From Fimicolochytrium jonesii (taxonomy: Eukaryota): a DNA stretch of 64,000 bases. The stretch spans positions 1,364,001 through 1,428,000 of the forward strand of contig NW_026515668.1 in NCBI RefSeq assembly GCF_025526975.1. The letters run 5' to 3'. Each line of letters starts with the position of its first letter. The stretch's first letter is position 1. The notes under the pieces were generated by a model. It had not been told where the DNA came from. It saw only the letters and a program-made list of their open reading frames with translations, and did no database searches. Shown here in pieces: positions 1-12,600 of the stretch. The translations under genes and the position numbers were made by a program.

Positions 1-1035
1 GACCACTTCCATGTCGTTGTATCAAGGGTGTAGATAGCAGGATCGGAAGGAGGTAGGCCAGTGACACCATCGCATCCCCCATGTACCCAGACTGTCGTTC
101 CATCCCCTCCCAATGCACACGACATTCCCCATCTCCCAAGCGGGCCGGTCCCAGTTACGCCCCTGACCGGTGCGAAGGTTTTGCTGGGATCCCTGGGATC
201 GAACCGCCATAGTTGATGCGCAATAGGTGCCACAAGCGGCACCATCTCATCCCCTCCGATTAATAACGCTGTGTTGTCGGGCAGGGCAACGGCACATGCT
301 CCCAGCATCTGAAGTGGCGCCAATTTTCCCTTCAGGGGTAAAGTGGACGCAGCTTTTGTACCTACGTCGTAGACGACTGTCTGAGCGGCGGAGAAAAGCC
401 ATGGATTCGTGCATTGCAAGCAATCGATACCACCTGAGATACGTAGTAATTAGCAGACGATGAATGAATGAGGTCAATATCAAATGTCTTACCGATCAAG
501 TACAGTGACTTGTTTAGTACAACAGACGTATGGAAAGCCCGACTAAACAGTCTATCCGCATTGTCCACAGTCGTCGCCACATCAGTCGTCGTATCGTAAA
601 CCCATATCCCGTTCGTGGTCGGAGCATGGTTGTTCCCGTCATCCCTAAATCCTCCCGTACAGAACGCCCGCTTTTTGTCCTCGGTGGTGACACAATGTTG
701 CCCGATGCTAGGAGTGTAGTGAGCGGAGAGCTGTGATATATTCATGTCCTGAGCTGACAGAAGCCATGTTCTCGTGTCTCCTCTGAACCTCGACTTGGAC
801 TCATCTGTGAACACGTAGTAGAATTGAGTGGGCAATCCAATTGGCAACGTTGACCAGCACACTCACCTTGTGCACCAAGAGAAAGCGGAACGTTCTGATC
901 GGTTCTGCCGCCCACAAACACGACTCCTTTGTCCGTCGCGAAGCTCGAGTGATGGGCTCGCCACGGAAGATCACTGCTCTGGGCAGCAGCCAAAGTCAAC
1001 AGTCCAGAGAAGGAGAAGAGCCATCCCTTGGCCAT
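1..1035 (-). CDS. Kelch-repeat (galactose oxidase-like beta-propeller) secreted or membrane protein, 3' end beyond window
   Basis: ATG at 1035 gives a signal peptide (MAKGWLFSFSGLLTLAAAQ). Kelch-type motifs follow: RAHHSS...VVFVGG, HCV...AFCTGG...IWVYDT, RAFHTSVVLNKSLYLIG. GT-AG introns at about 866-806 and 491-434. Confidence 0.7.
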
Positions 1036-1562
1036 GGTTGGCACTGCATACATCTGTCGAGGAAACAGGACACTGTCGCTATTTTGCTTCTTACAGACAA
1101 AACTTTGAAACCTTCAAAATCTGCGAAACTACGGCCTCTAAGTACGCCAAGCACCGCGCGAAGTGCACGAGATATACGCCTTATACGTATGAGGGAAGCT
1201 ATAAGAATAGAAGACGCACGCCTGCAATGCACCAGCCCCAGACCCTTGCCGTCTGAGCAGGAGGGGGATGTGTTTAGATCGAGGAGCAGCAGAAGTGTGC
1301 CGTTGTTCACAGAGTTCCCGGAGCCGGAAGTGTGCAATGGCCAACTTCCAAGCCCTCCGCGGCGGACGGAGCGGCCATGCAGCGCCACTTTCGACGGCCA
1401 TCTTCCCCTGGACCCTGTCTCTCGTAAGCACACTGACGCGTCCTGAACATGCATGCATATCGCACACTTCGATACTCGACGAGGCTCTGGGATCGTGGTG
1501 TTATATTCGTTCAGCGCAGCCTGATCAGTGTCAGTCTACATCCAGGTCTACATCCTTACAAA

Positions 1563-1965
1563 ATGGCCGACCAACGCAAATCTGTCCGTGAAATAATGAC
1601 GCAGAGCATAGGTTTCTGTCCGAAAGGTGAGCGCCCGCAATCGTGCTTGCCTTCATCCGATTTCGCAGTCTCACACAGCTTCCTTGCTCCCATTGAGTTC
1701 AGATGCACTAGGCTGGCTCTACGCCGCACGAGGCTACTACAAAACCCGTGACTACCACTCCGTCATCGAATGCGTCACGCCAGCCCTCCGCAACGACAGG
1801 ACGAAACGAGAAGCGCAACATCTCCTTGCTTTTAGCTTTCTGAATACGGGGCAGCTGGAAGCCGCTGCTGGAGCATTCTTCAAAAGCATCAATAATGGAA
1901 ATGACACGGATTGGCAGCCGTTGGTTGAGCTGCTGATGGACAACGCTGGTCTGAAATTGACATGA
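1563..1965 (+). CDS. Small (~108 aa) TPR-like helical repeat protein
   Basis: Exons 1563-1626 and 1703-1965 are joined by a GTGAG..TTCAG intron, giving MADQRKS..FCPKDALGWLYAARGYYKTRDY..EAQHLLAFSFLNTGQLEAAAGAFFKSI, a TPR-like pattern. Confidence 0.7.
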
Positions 1966-2491
1966 GGGTGGGATGCATGGCTGGGTGCAAATCGACAAGC
2001 ATTGTGATGGAGCCGTTTTTGGCGCAAAGAATGTCGCCCAGTACGTAGATACTGTATTTATCCAAACACGAATTATGATCGCTGCATTGATCGCAAGGCC
2101 TGTGTATTCGCACTTTTGCTGCCGAGTTTGAATCAGCCAGGTCACCATCACCACCAACGTGCGAGATAAAACAGAGATAATTACACATCGACCGCAACGA
2201 TCGGTATGGATATACATAGCATGGTAAAGAGGAGAGAACTACCTAATGGAGACGGGGAAGGAAGGGTGTGGCGTCCAGGTGTTTTGTATGGCAAGGTATG
2301 GGGGGATGGGGGAGGGGCTGATTGAAATGACCTGCTCTAGTGCAGACAGGAGATATTACATTGCGTCGGCGAAGGGACCGCCCTTGCCTTCCTGTACATG
2401 CGGGGTACACGGGAGCAGTGAAAGGCGAGGAACCAGGGTTCGAACGAGGTCTTCTCGCTATTTCGAGGAGACACAACACTGCCGCGATTCC

Positions 2492-3717
2492 TCAGTTGCC
2501 TTGTGCGTGCTGCCCAGGCCTGAAGTTTGCCGGCCGCACTGGGTCAAAGTAAGGGTGCATCATGGCTTCTTGCGGCGTCAGGCGCTCTTGGTGATCGTAC
2601 CGCAACAGCTTGTCAAGGAAGTCGAGGGCTTCGTTGGAAATGTAGCGCTCGTTGTCTGGCGTTACGAACCTCCGCCATGGTTTTCGGGCGTATCTGGAAG
2701 GGATAATGAGATTTAGCCATCAGATCGAAAGTCCCTTCAACCGTCTCTGATCGAGTCTACCCACCTTCCCAATATCGTCTCGAAGCGTGCATCCAGTTGT
2801 ATGTGGTACTTCTCCAGATAAGCGAAGAGCTCGTCCGTTCCAATGACCTTTGCGATCTTCACCAGCTGATCGTAGTTGTCGTGACCGTGGAAGAAAGGTT
2901 CCTTCCGGAAGATCTGCATAGGATAAGTTAGCTTCTTCATTCTACATTCAAAGCTAACGCCAGGGATACAGAACATACCATGCTCGCAAACATGCATCCC
3001 AAACTCCACATGTCCAGCGAGTAGTCGTACTCCTGGAAGTCCACCAACAGCTCAGGGCCCTTGAAGTACCTCGACGCGACCCTGACGTTGTACTCTGTCC
3101 CCGGGTGGTAGAACTCGGCCAACCCCCAGTCGATCAACCGCAGCTGCTTCTTCTCGTGGTCAATCATGACGTTGTGAGGCTTGACATCACGGTGCATGAT
3201 ACCACACGAGTGGCAGAAATCCAGCGCCTTCAGCAGCTCAAAGACGTAGTAGCGCACTTCGAGGTCGGTCAGCTTCGGGTAGAGCGTTTTGAAATCCGTG
3301 TTGTTGACGTGCTCGAAGATCAATGCGGGTGTTTTCGACTGAGGATCCCTGACCACATCCAAGAGCCCAACTACATTCGGCCCGCCCGCCAACGTCTGCA
3401 GAATCTTGATTTCCCGCTTGATCTTCTTCTTCTTTACGGGTTTTAGGACTTTGATGCAGCATTTCTGGTCGTTTACTATGTTCACCCCCTCGAATACTTC
3501 CGAGTATTTTCCCCGCCCCACTTTCTTCACAATCTCGTAGTTGTCCTGTGCACTATTAATTATTGTTGAAGGATTTTGAGGTCAAAAGTTTATTCCCAAG
3601 TCTATATGCAATACGGAGCAGGTTTCCTTACTTCCAATGAATTGCCAAGTTATCATAGTCCCAATACTCCTTTGGCCGGTCCGCGCAAGCGGTTGCGTAG
3701 ACTCTTGCGACGCTCAT
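2492..3717 (-). CDS. CKA1: Casein kinase II catalytic alpha subunit
   Basis: [78 protein letters not shown]. Three introns; stop TGA at 2492-2494. Confidence 0.97.
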
Positions 3718-4565
3718 GCTGATATGATTTCCGCTAGACAACAGATTCGATCTCCGATGGGCGAACTGTGGATCGGAAACACTTCCCCAAGACAATTCCG
3801 TGAAGGTCGTCTTCCTGTTATCAATCGTCCGAGCAATTGTTTTCGTCTCCAGTCAAAGTCGACTTGGAACAGATAAGGCATGCAAAGAGGTTATGATGTC
3901 GCCCTCCACACTGGAATTTGAGTTTGTTCGGTTTGCTGAAAAGATCCGTCACGGGTTTTGGACCAGTCGGTTGAGGTGCGACTTTGAGCCGCTTACAAAC
4001 AAGAGTCCTGCTCTGCGGATGAGTTCTGCCCCACCGGGTCAGATAGGCGGGTCTAGAGAGATAATGGCGGGTGGTACATGCGGTGAGAATGGTTCTGGGA
4101 GGGAGTCTGCTGCCGCTGGAACTGTCGTCTGCACCAAGCGGTGCCCAGGATTTGCAAAGCGGAATCCGTCACGTGATTGGTTAAATGCGTCGAGGAACCC
4201 ATCAAGTTCGACGCTTGAGGCTCACTGCTTTTCACGCCTCACACTTTTTAGGGCACAGACAGCTGCAGGCAGGCACGCATTTCTGGATGAGTGGATGGCA
4301 TGTGGGAAACGAGTGGTCGCTTTGAAGGAAAGCCACTTTACGAATATCCTCGCCACTTTGAAAGACCGAGCACCAGTGTGTCCATTACAGGCCGTACGCT
4401 ACAGGAAGCGGAGTACGCTGCGTGGGCCATGAACGAGTTTGATGCATTGGATATGAAAAGATATCCTTGAGGTGAAACCACTGGTGCACATGCTACATGG
4501 CCAGCCGCTTTCGTAAACGAACTGATGTGGGTTGTGACATCCCGCGTATTGCGAGGAAGCACTCC

Positions 4566-4607
4566 CCAACCAAGGTTCCGACATCTCCAACCAAGATTCC
4601 GACATCT
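4566..4607. repeat. 21-bp tandem duplication
   Basis: ccaaccaaggttccgacatct followed by ccaaccaagattccgacatct (1 mismatch). Confidence 0.9.
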
Positions 4608-4991
4608 CCGATAGCGTTGAGACCGATGTTCGCTGGCATGCGCCTCGGCGCCCTTCACCTAGGAGACCATGCCGACCTCGTCAAAAGATAATACTGTATA
4701 TGTATGTACAGTATAGTGGACGAGACAATGGGGGCGAGTGAACTGCGCAGATAATGAGCGTCGGAAGTTGGGCGGCCTCGGCGGGGGCGGCCGTTTTCGG
4801 CGCGTTCTCTGACGCGTGGCCGTCACTGCACCAAGCTTCCGAACCTTTTTCCATTTCTCAGCGTCTCTCGACTGGTCCACCTCAGTCAGTCCACGCGGTA
4901 TCTTAAATATCAGTCCAAGAAGAGATTGCAGCCTTGAGCAAGGCAAACCACTCCCGCAAGTTTAGAGTTAGCAGTACCGACCCGCGCTACA

Positions 4992-5715
4992 ATGGCTGCC
5001 AAGACAGATGTTGCGAGCTATGAGGCAAGTAGAGTAACGCTTTGACAAGAGATCACCACGCCGTATCCTAATATTTTGTCATCCTTAGTTCAACCACACG
5101 ATGTACAGGGTGAAAGGTTCGAATCGAAGCATAAGGCTGGCTGATACGCCAGCTTTTGTCCGTTCGGCGGGCTGCGACGTTGTCTGATAACGCGCATTGC
5201 GCAATTCTAGATCCCAAAGCTTCCCTTGATTTTTACACTGAGACTCTCGGCATGAAGCTTATCACCAAGCTGGATTTCTCAGAAGCAAAGTTCACTTTGT
5301 ATTTTCTCGGATACAATGTTCCGCAGTCTATCCTGGACTCCAGCGAGGAGGAAAGGAAGAAGTACGCTTTCAGCAGACCTGGAGTTCTCGAGTTGACACA
5401 GTAAGTGCGGTGATTTCCAATCCGACATTCTGGCAACTGATTGGTCATTGGCGAGATGCTCACTGCAACATCCTCCGCAGCAACTGGGGAACCGAGTCGG
5501 ACGATACATTCAAGGGCTACCACACTGGTAACTCGGAGCCCCGAGGATACGGACACATTGGCGTATTGGTGGATGATCTGGAAGCCGCTTGCGAGCGGTT
5601 CGAGCAACACGGCGTTAAATTCATCAAGAAGCCTTCAGATGGCCGACAGAAGAACATCGCCTTTGTCACGGATCCCGATGGCTATTGGATTGAACTACTT
5701 CCTCGCGGGTACTGA
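4992..5715 (+). CDS. GLO1: Lactoylglutathione lyase (glyoxalase I), single-unit form, ~161 aa
   Basis: Exons 4992-5024, 5089-5116, 5211-5400, 5481-5715. Motifs [45 protein letters not shown]. Confidence 0.95.
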
Positions 5716-6613
5716 AAATCGTGTCTCAACCACGGTTCAGCATAAGATAGCTGTCGAAACCAGCGTAGGGTAGCGAAGCTGTGATCCGCCGGGAGGGGAT
5801 GGTCGTGGCATGCGTACATGGTGTCCTCTTCTTAAAAATAGTGCTGCAGTCTAGCTTGCGTTTTCCGAGTTCAACGAATCAAGGCCATAAGCATAGTCCA
5901 TCTTCCTGCTGAACTGCTTCTCCGTTGCAATTTGTAGATTTGGTGCATGTCTCATGGCATATGTTGTTGTCTGCTATACTCATCAGATGTCGATCTGGAT
6001 TCTGGATTCTGGAAGGACGGCTGCGACGCGTGAGCCTCAGCATGGCTGCCAAGCGTGGCTTTCTTGGTCACCAATTGATTGCGCTCAGTCCGCGCGGTCG
6101 CAGTCATGTCAATTTGCGAGGGATCCCCCTCGTCCTGAGTCCTGACTTCTCAAAGGCAGCATCGGCTCGATCCCACCACACACCCGAGCAAGTGCTTGCG
6201 GGCGAACAGAAGAGACGGACTCTCCCTCTCTGCCTTCATATCCTTGCGTTTTGGCGTCCCATCACTCTCCCAGACACACTTCTATTGCATCGTCGTACGC
6301 TTCCTACCAAGGAGCTCTCATGCAAAACGCGCGATATTCCCACGCATCTTCTTCCTGTTTCGGGACGTTTCGGTCTCAAGTCTAGTAGAAAAGCTATTCG
6401 CTATACCTGCTCGTTGGCGGACCGGCTGCGTGAAGCACCGCGTTCCATACTTAAGTGCCTGCGTTTGGGGAAAAGTTGATAGTACCGTGTGTCGTAAACG
6501 ACTCTTGGGTGGGATCGGTTGTTCCCTCCACCTTCGATTCGCTCCCGCGTAGCGTGGCTCCCGAACGTCAATAGCCTCCACCTGCCGAAGTCCCTCTACT
6601 AGTTCGATTCGTC

Positions 6614-9600
6614 ATGGACCCTTCTGGCAGTCTTCCGCGGTTCAACCTCTCGGAAAGAGCCGCTAGGGCGGCAAAGGCGGAAAGACGGCTGTCGCCTCTG
6701 AACCCGCTTGCGGGGTACTCAGCAACCCCGCCGACGTCGGCACCAGCAGGGTCACCCCCAACCGTCTTATCAGAGTCTCCCGCATCGATCTACAGTACGG
6801 CCAATAGTCCCATCCAACCGCTGCCACTAGTCCTGCCACCACCGCAACCCGAAGTTCCGCCTCCTGCATCGAAAGCCAAGCGGCGAACGCTTTCAAACAT
6901 CACTGCCAGCTTGCGCAAACTTACCAGAACATTCTCTGATAACGATGTAACTCCGCAGAGGAGTCATTCTGGCAGTAGTAGCGATTTCAACGATACTCGA
7001 AGCTTGGCGAATTCGCAGGAGTTCCGCCCTAGTACCGAGGCCCTTTCCCATCAACCACAGACCGCTCAGTCACAACAGATCCGGCAACATGCAGATTGGC
7101 AAGAGGAGCCGAGGCCGTCTATGGATAGTCAGTCATCACATAGTGATAGCAAACCTGCGTCGGGCAATCCAATGAGGAGACCGAGTAGAGCTTCTCTGCA
7201 CTCGGATCTAAGTGATAATGGCAGCTTTGGAAGTCATGGAGTGAACTCAGAAGGAATAAGTTCGAACAGCAGTACTGGAGCTTCGCCGGTACGTGTTCCA
7301 CCACGCTTGAGAAGAGGATCCTTACTTGGGCACGCGAGCATTGGCGGCAGTCTGCCCATGATGCCTTTACCTTCGGGTAATCCTTCCAACTCTGAGATCT
7401 CAAGCGTACATGGGTCCCATGTCCATCACTTGCGGACGGAGAGCTGGGGAGAGGACAATCAGTGCTCAGAATCTCGACCTGACCGTGGGTCGATGAGAGA
7501 TGCAGATGATGACTTCGAAGGCAACTGGGACGATCCGACAACACAAGTCCCCAAACAGCTGCTTACATGCACTACATCGCTCCCGGATATTCCGTTATGG
7601 AGTGCTCCAGCCGCTACGACATCCGGTGGTGAAAGTTCGAATTTCCGAACCTCTAGCAACAAGAAGGCGGTAGAGCTGCCGACCTCAATCAAGGCCTTTC
7701 CTGCCCGAGCTGTACCCAAAACCTGGTCTAATGCGACCAACCAACCTTCCCCGAATCCCTCCTTCATATCCGATCCCGCGACGTCAAGCCCTCTCTCTGC
7801 CTCAATGCCACCCACGTCCATGTTGGGGGTTTCGCCAAGGTCGGCGCATTCCGTGTTTGGGGAAACATATGTACCATCGAGACGAGGCGCTTCATGTGAG
7901 CGGGACGACTACACTCCTCCTGCATCCTCGTTCTATACTGCAGAAGACAAATTGGTGTATCATAACATCTTAGATAAGTCTCGGCAAGTCAAGAACTATA
8001 GGTGGAGCAGTGCCGAACCGGTGGGCATCTGGCCGACATGGCACGACGGCCAGAATGTCCAGGACAAGCCGATCAAAGACTCCCTCCGTGGGTTGCTTCT
8101 CACAAGAAGAAACTCTGGGACCTCGCTTCTTCTATCTCCTGTTCCTCAAGCGCAGCTGGGCGATTTGAGATCTCCGAGTCCGATGTTCTCTCTGGACGAC
8201 GATGACACGTTTGACGATGATGCTGCATCTGTGGCATCGGGGTCCACTACCCACTCAAAGCGCTCACGGTCGGAATCTCCATTCCTGGCGACGATGATGG
8301 GCAGGAAACGCTCAACTCGCCAGGGTGGTGTTCTGTCTATCAAAACTGCCATCGCAAACCCGAGGAGACTCAGTGAGGCATCTTCACCAGGCATCCAGTA
8401 CACGCCAGTAGCCGACAACACGTCCCCGCAAAATCAAGCACGTCGCCCATCCACCGGCGTTAGCATGATGCGGTCTCTCAGTGATAGCGATTTGTCGGAA
8501 TATCTCAAAGGCTTTAGCGAGATGAAGAACTCTCTGCGAATGGCAAAGACGACGTGCAACGCCCATGTGCAGCGGATTGTGACGGAGCTACATACCTATG
8601 TTGAGCGACATCTGGAATACCATGACGGAACTCCGCCACCGCTACAGCTGAACCCATACGAGGATGTCTCCAGCTATGAAAGGCATAGAGCCCACCTTTC
8701 GGAGCAGAACCTCGTTCAGTCGGAGGCGGATCTAACCATCTCGTCGGAGAGCCAGGTGGAAAGATCCAAGAGCAAATCGACTCCTAAGCTAGATGGCTTG
8801 GTGTCCTGGGCGTCAGATCTTTCCATTGCGGCCGATGAGGATGCGAAAGAGTCTTTACTGATCAAAGCAATCAACGAACTCATTGCTATCGCGCAACAAA
8901 TTCTTGAGATGGACCTGACGCACCTGATGACGCCTGGTGCTTGCCGGGAGACCATATCGCGATTGATGGCGCTTCAAGCGTTATGGAGCAAAAATCGCGA
9001 TTGGGGATGCGGCGAATATGTTGTCAGATTGCTGATGGCGTTCGCGGATGTTGCCAGGATAGTAGAGACTCTGGAGGAGGACACCAGAATGTGGACGTAC
9101 GTTGCAGCGGGATCGGTTCATCCTCAGTCTCAAGCGCAAGGTCCGCCACCAAGTCATCCGCGCTCCACCTCTCGGACAAGACCATTGCGACCGCCAATGC
9201 TTCGACGCGACTCGTTGTCTTCGGCATTCGGGGTCGATACCAGTGGAGATGACGAGGAAGGTTACCAGTCTCTGAATGACAGCGCCGATGCCAGCGATTC
9301 GACCAATCGCATGTCAGTGCCACGCGGACGAGGACGACGGTATGCGCAGCCAGTTGCACCTCCATTACAACAGCAACCGTCCGCGCCGCAACTTGTGAAG
9401 GCGCAAGAAGACTGGACACTCAACGAATTGCGTGAAGCTGCTGGCGAGTCGCAGAGCGTCAATGTCATGATGGAGATCGGGTTCGATGGGAAGATACTCT
9501 ACGTGTCTCCAGTGGTCAAGATGGTGTTCGGATACGATGTTGAAGAGATGCGGCCGTATGTCGATGATAAAGTCACGGAGGGCTCGCAACTGCTCTCAAT

Positions 9601-12600
9601 CCTCCCCCCTGGATCCCCCGATGAGCATATCTTTAAGGAGGCCACCGCGATGCTAGAGGAAGACGAGAAAACCACTGTCGAAATCACGTACCGCGCTCGG
9701 CGAAAGGATGGTCGCTGGCTTGAGATGGAAGGGAAAGGGATGGTGAATTTCGATCGGGTGACTGGAGCAAAACGTAGCACGATTTGGGTGACGAGACCAA
9801 TTGCCCTCCTAGGAGAGGAATGGGACGATGTAGCGGTCAGCGACGATATGGATGACACGGAACGAAGCGGCTCTGCCTTGTCTGCCCTCATCGAATCACC
9901 CTCCGTGCCCACCGCCCCTTTCACTGTTGAACCACCGACGCCGCAGATCGAGGAACCCGGTTTGAATCTTCCTTCCATGGATCTCGTCCTGTGCAACATC
10001 TGTGAGCGGTCCATTCCTGCTATTCTATTTGAAGAACATTCCGAGAGCTGTTCCCAAGTGCATCGCATAGAAATGGATATTGTGCTGTTAAATGATGAAC
10101 TTCGAGACGCCAGGGAACAGTGTAGCGAAAGGATTCGGGATTTGGAGGCCGAACTGAAGGAAAAAGGTGACGAGCCATCGGAACAATTATCGGGAAACCC
10201 ATCGATTCCGGAGTTACGGTTACCCAACGTCAAGGGTGTTGAGGAGTACATCAAGAACCTGATCAGTATCATGTCGTTGCTTCTGGATGTCATTGAGGAT
10301 TGCTTGCGAGTGAATATTCCTGACTTATCGGGTGTGGACGAGGGTGAACACGACGTCGATCTGTCGGTCAATGCGGAGGATCTCGAAGCGGAAGGAGGTG
10401 CCTTGCGGGTTACTCAGTTATCCAACCAACGACCACGGCGGGACTCTGCGGTGCTGGAAAAGCTCAAATTCTGGGAGCCACCAAACGAGACCGAGTTCTA
10501 TCCGCCGGAGCTAGATTCTACGTCGAATATCTCGGTCACCCGAGCGTTGGACTACTTGCCGCCTGACACAGACCAACCACCGGTGTTTGACACGAGCTTG
10601 GTAGGACTTGGGCTTGGGGTATACCATCTGGCTACGGACATCAAAACTTTGGTCAAGACAAAATGCGAAGGCGTTGAGCAATTGAAGACAGACATTGCCC
10701 GATACCGCGAGCTAGCAGACAGAGAGGAAGCTGTCAAACTTCACATCGGTATACAGACGGGTACGATCGCTCAAGATAACCTGGCCCTGCCGACAAATCC
10801 GGAAGTTGACGGGGAGATAAGCCGCTCTACAAGCGACGATATCGGTGGTAGCGACACGAATCTTGCCGATGCCCCGGAGGGCACTGGAAAGTCAGCACTT
10901 CCGGCAGCCAACAACCTTGCTAAACCGCCATCTCCACCTCGCAAAGAGTCTCGCAATCCGAACGCACGAGATCGATCTCGAGACAGACGGAAGCTCAAGA
11001 GGCGGAAGAACATCAAAGTAAGGCCGGTGATGGAAGCAGACTTGTCGGATGCGAATCAGGCGGACAGCAGCGGAAGCCCAAGGCCCCCGCGGATGGTGGT
11101 GACTCGAAGCAAAACCCTCGAAGTCGAACTCATCCCCACGACCTTGCGTAATGAGACAACCGATGACAAGCGTCAATCTAGCGGGAGTTACTTCACGTCT
11201 GGAGGATCAGGCGCGGCAATAGCCAGTTCAGCCCCACTTCCTGGAACACCGGGAGGTTTCCCGGGAACTCCGGGAAGCATAACCTCGTTGGGGTCTAGCG
11301 GTGGAGGCTCTGGCATGTATGCGACAACGCCAGTGCAACGATCTGTGCCGAGCATCAAAGACTTCGACATCATCAAGCCTATCTCGAAAGGCGCATTCGG
11401 CTCGGTATATCTAGCCAAAAAGCGGCTGACCGGCGACTACTTTGCGATCAAGGTTCTCAAGAAAGCAGATATGGTTGCCAAGAATCAAGTGATGAACATC
11501 AAGGCCGAGCGCATGATTCTCACGCAGCTTGACAGCCCATTTGTGGTCAAGCTATATTTCTCCTTTCAAAGTCGAGAGAATCTGTACCTGGTGATGGAGT
11601 ATCTCAATGGTGGCGATTGTGCCGCTTTGATCAAAGCGGTTGGCACCCTGGACGAAAAATGGGCGAGTCAGTATGTGGCGGAGGTTGTTCTGGGTTTGGA
11701 GTTCTTGCACGGCCGAGGCATTGTTCACAGGTATTGTTTCATGTCGTCATCAGTGTAGTTGCTGTAGTAGTTCTAGTAGCGATTGCTGACACTTCCGCAT
11801 CCCGTAGAGATTTGAAGCCAGACAACATGTTGATTGATCAGGATGGCCATATAAAGCTCACGGACTTCGGGCTCTCCCGGGTCGGGTTTCTTGGGCGTAG
11901 AGCAAGGGACTCGTTCTTAAATACATCCTCGGCGGCCCCGACAGGTTTCTCTGGAATCCCAGGCAGCCCCAATATGAGCGCCTTGTCAATGTACTCCTAT
12001 GGGCCCGGTACTCCGACCACACCCACTTTTTCACCATCGTCACCTTTGAAGCTGAATGAACAGTCATATGGCTCTGCCTACCACCTCGGTCGCCACAGCC
12101 GTCGTTCGTCCGTGGCCAGCAACAACAGCATGACCAGTGAACGAGGATACACTGAAGGTGGGATGGGAGAGCATCAAGCTGCCATGGCTGCGGCCGCGAT
12201 CAGTGGCAACGGCATTGCAGGCAACAAAGCGTTTGCGGGCACCCCTGATTACCTAGCGCCCGAGAGTATCCTCGGTTTGGGTCAGGGTACGAGTGTGGAC
12301 TGGGTAAGTTTACCGTTCAAATATTTCGATTTGGGAACCGGCGGTACTGACGCCAAGCTTCAAATTCAGTGGGCTTTGGGTGTCATTCTGTACGAATTTA
12401 TCGTTGGCGTACCTCCATTTCATGCACCAACTCCTACTCAAGTGTTCGAGAACATTTTGACGCATCGCATTGACTGGTGTGACGAAGAAGTGGATATGTC
12501 GGCAGAGGCCCGGGACCTTATGGAGTCTTTGATGTGTCAAGACATCGAGACTCGACTGGGGACAAGGGGAGCCAAAGAAGTGAAACGACATCCATTCTTC

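Noticed and set aside
5116..5125. GGTTCGAATC, tRNA T-loop/B-box-like
   Set aside because: It is the exon 2 donor junction of GLO1; no cloverleaf.
5925..6552. Overlapping ORFs upstream of RIM15 as genes or regulatory uORFs
   Set aside because: No protein-like features and the transcription start is unknown.
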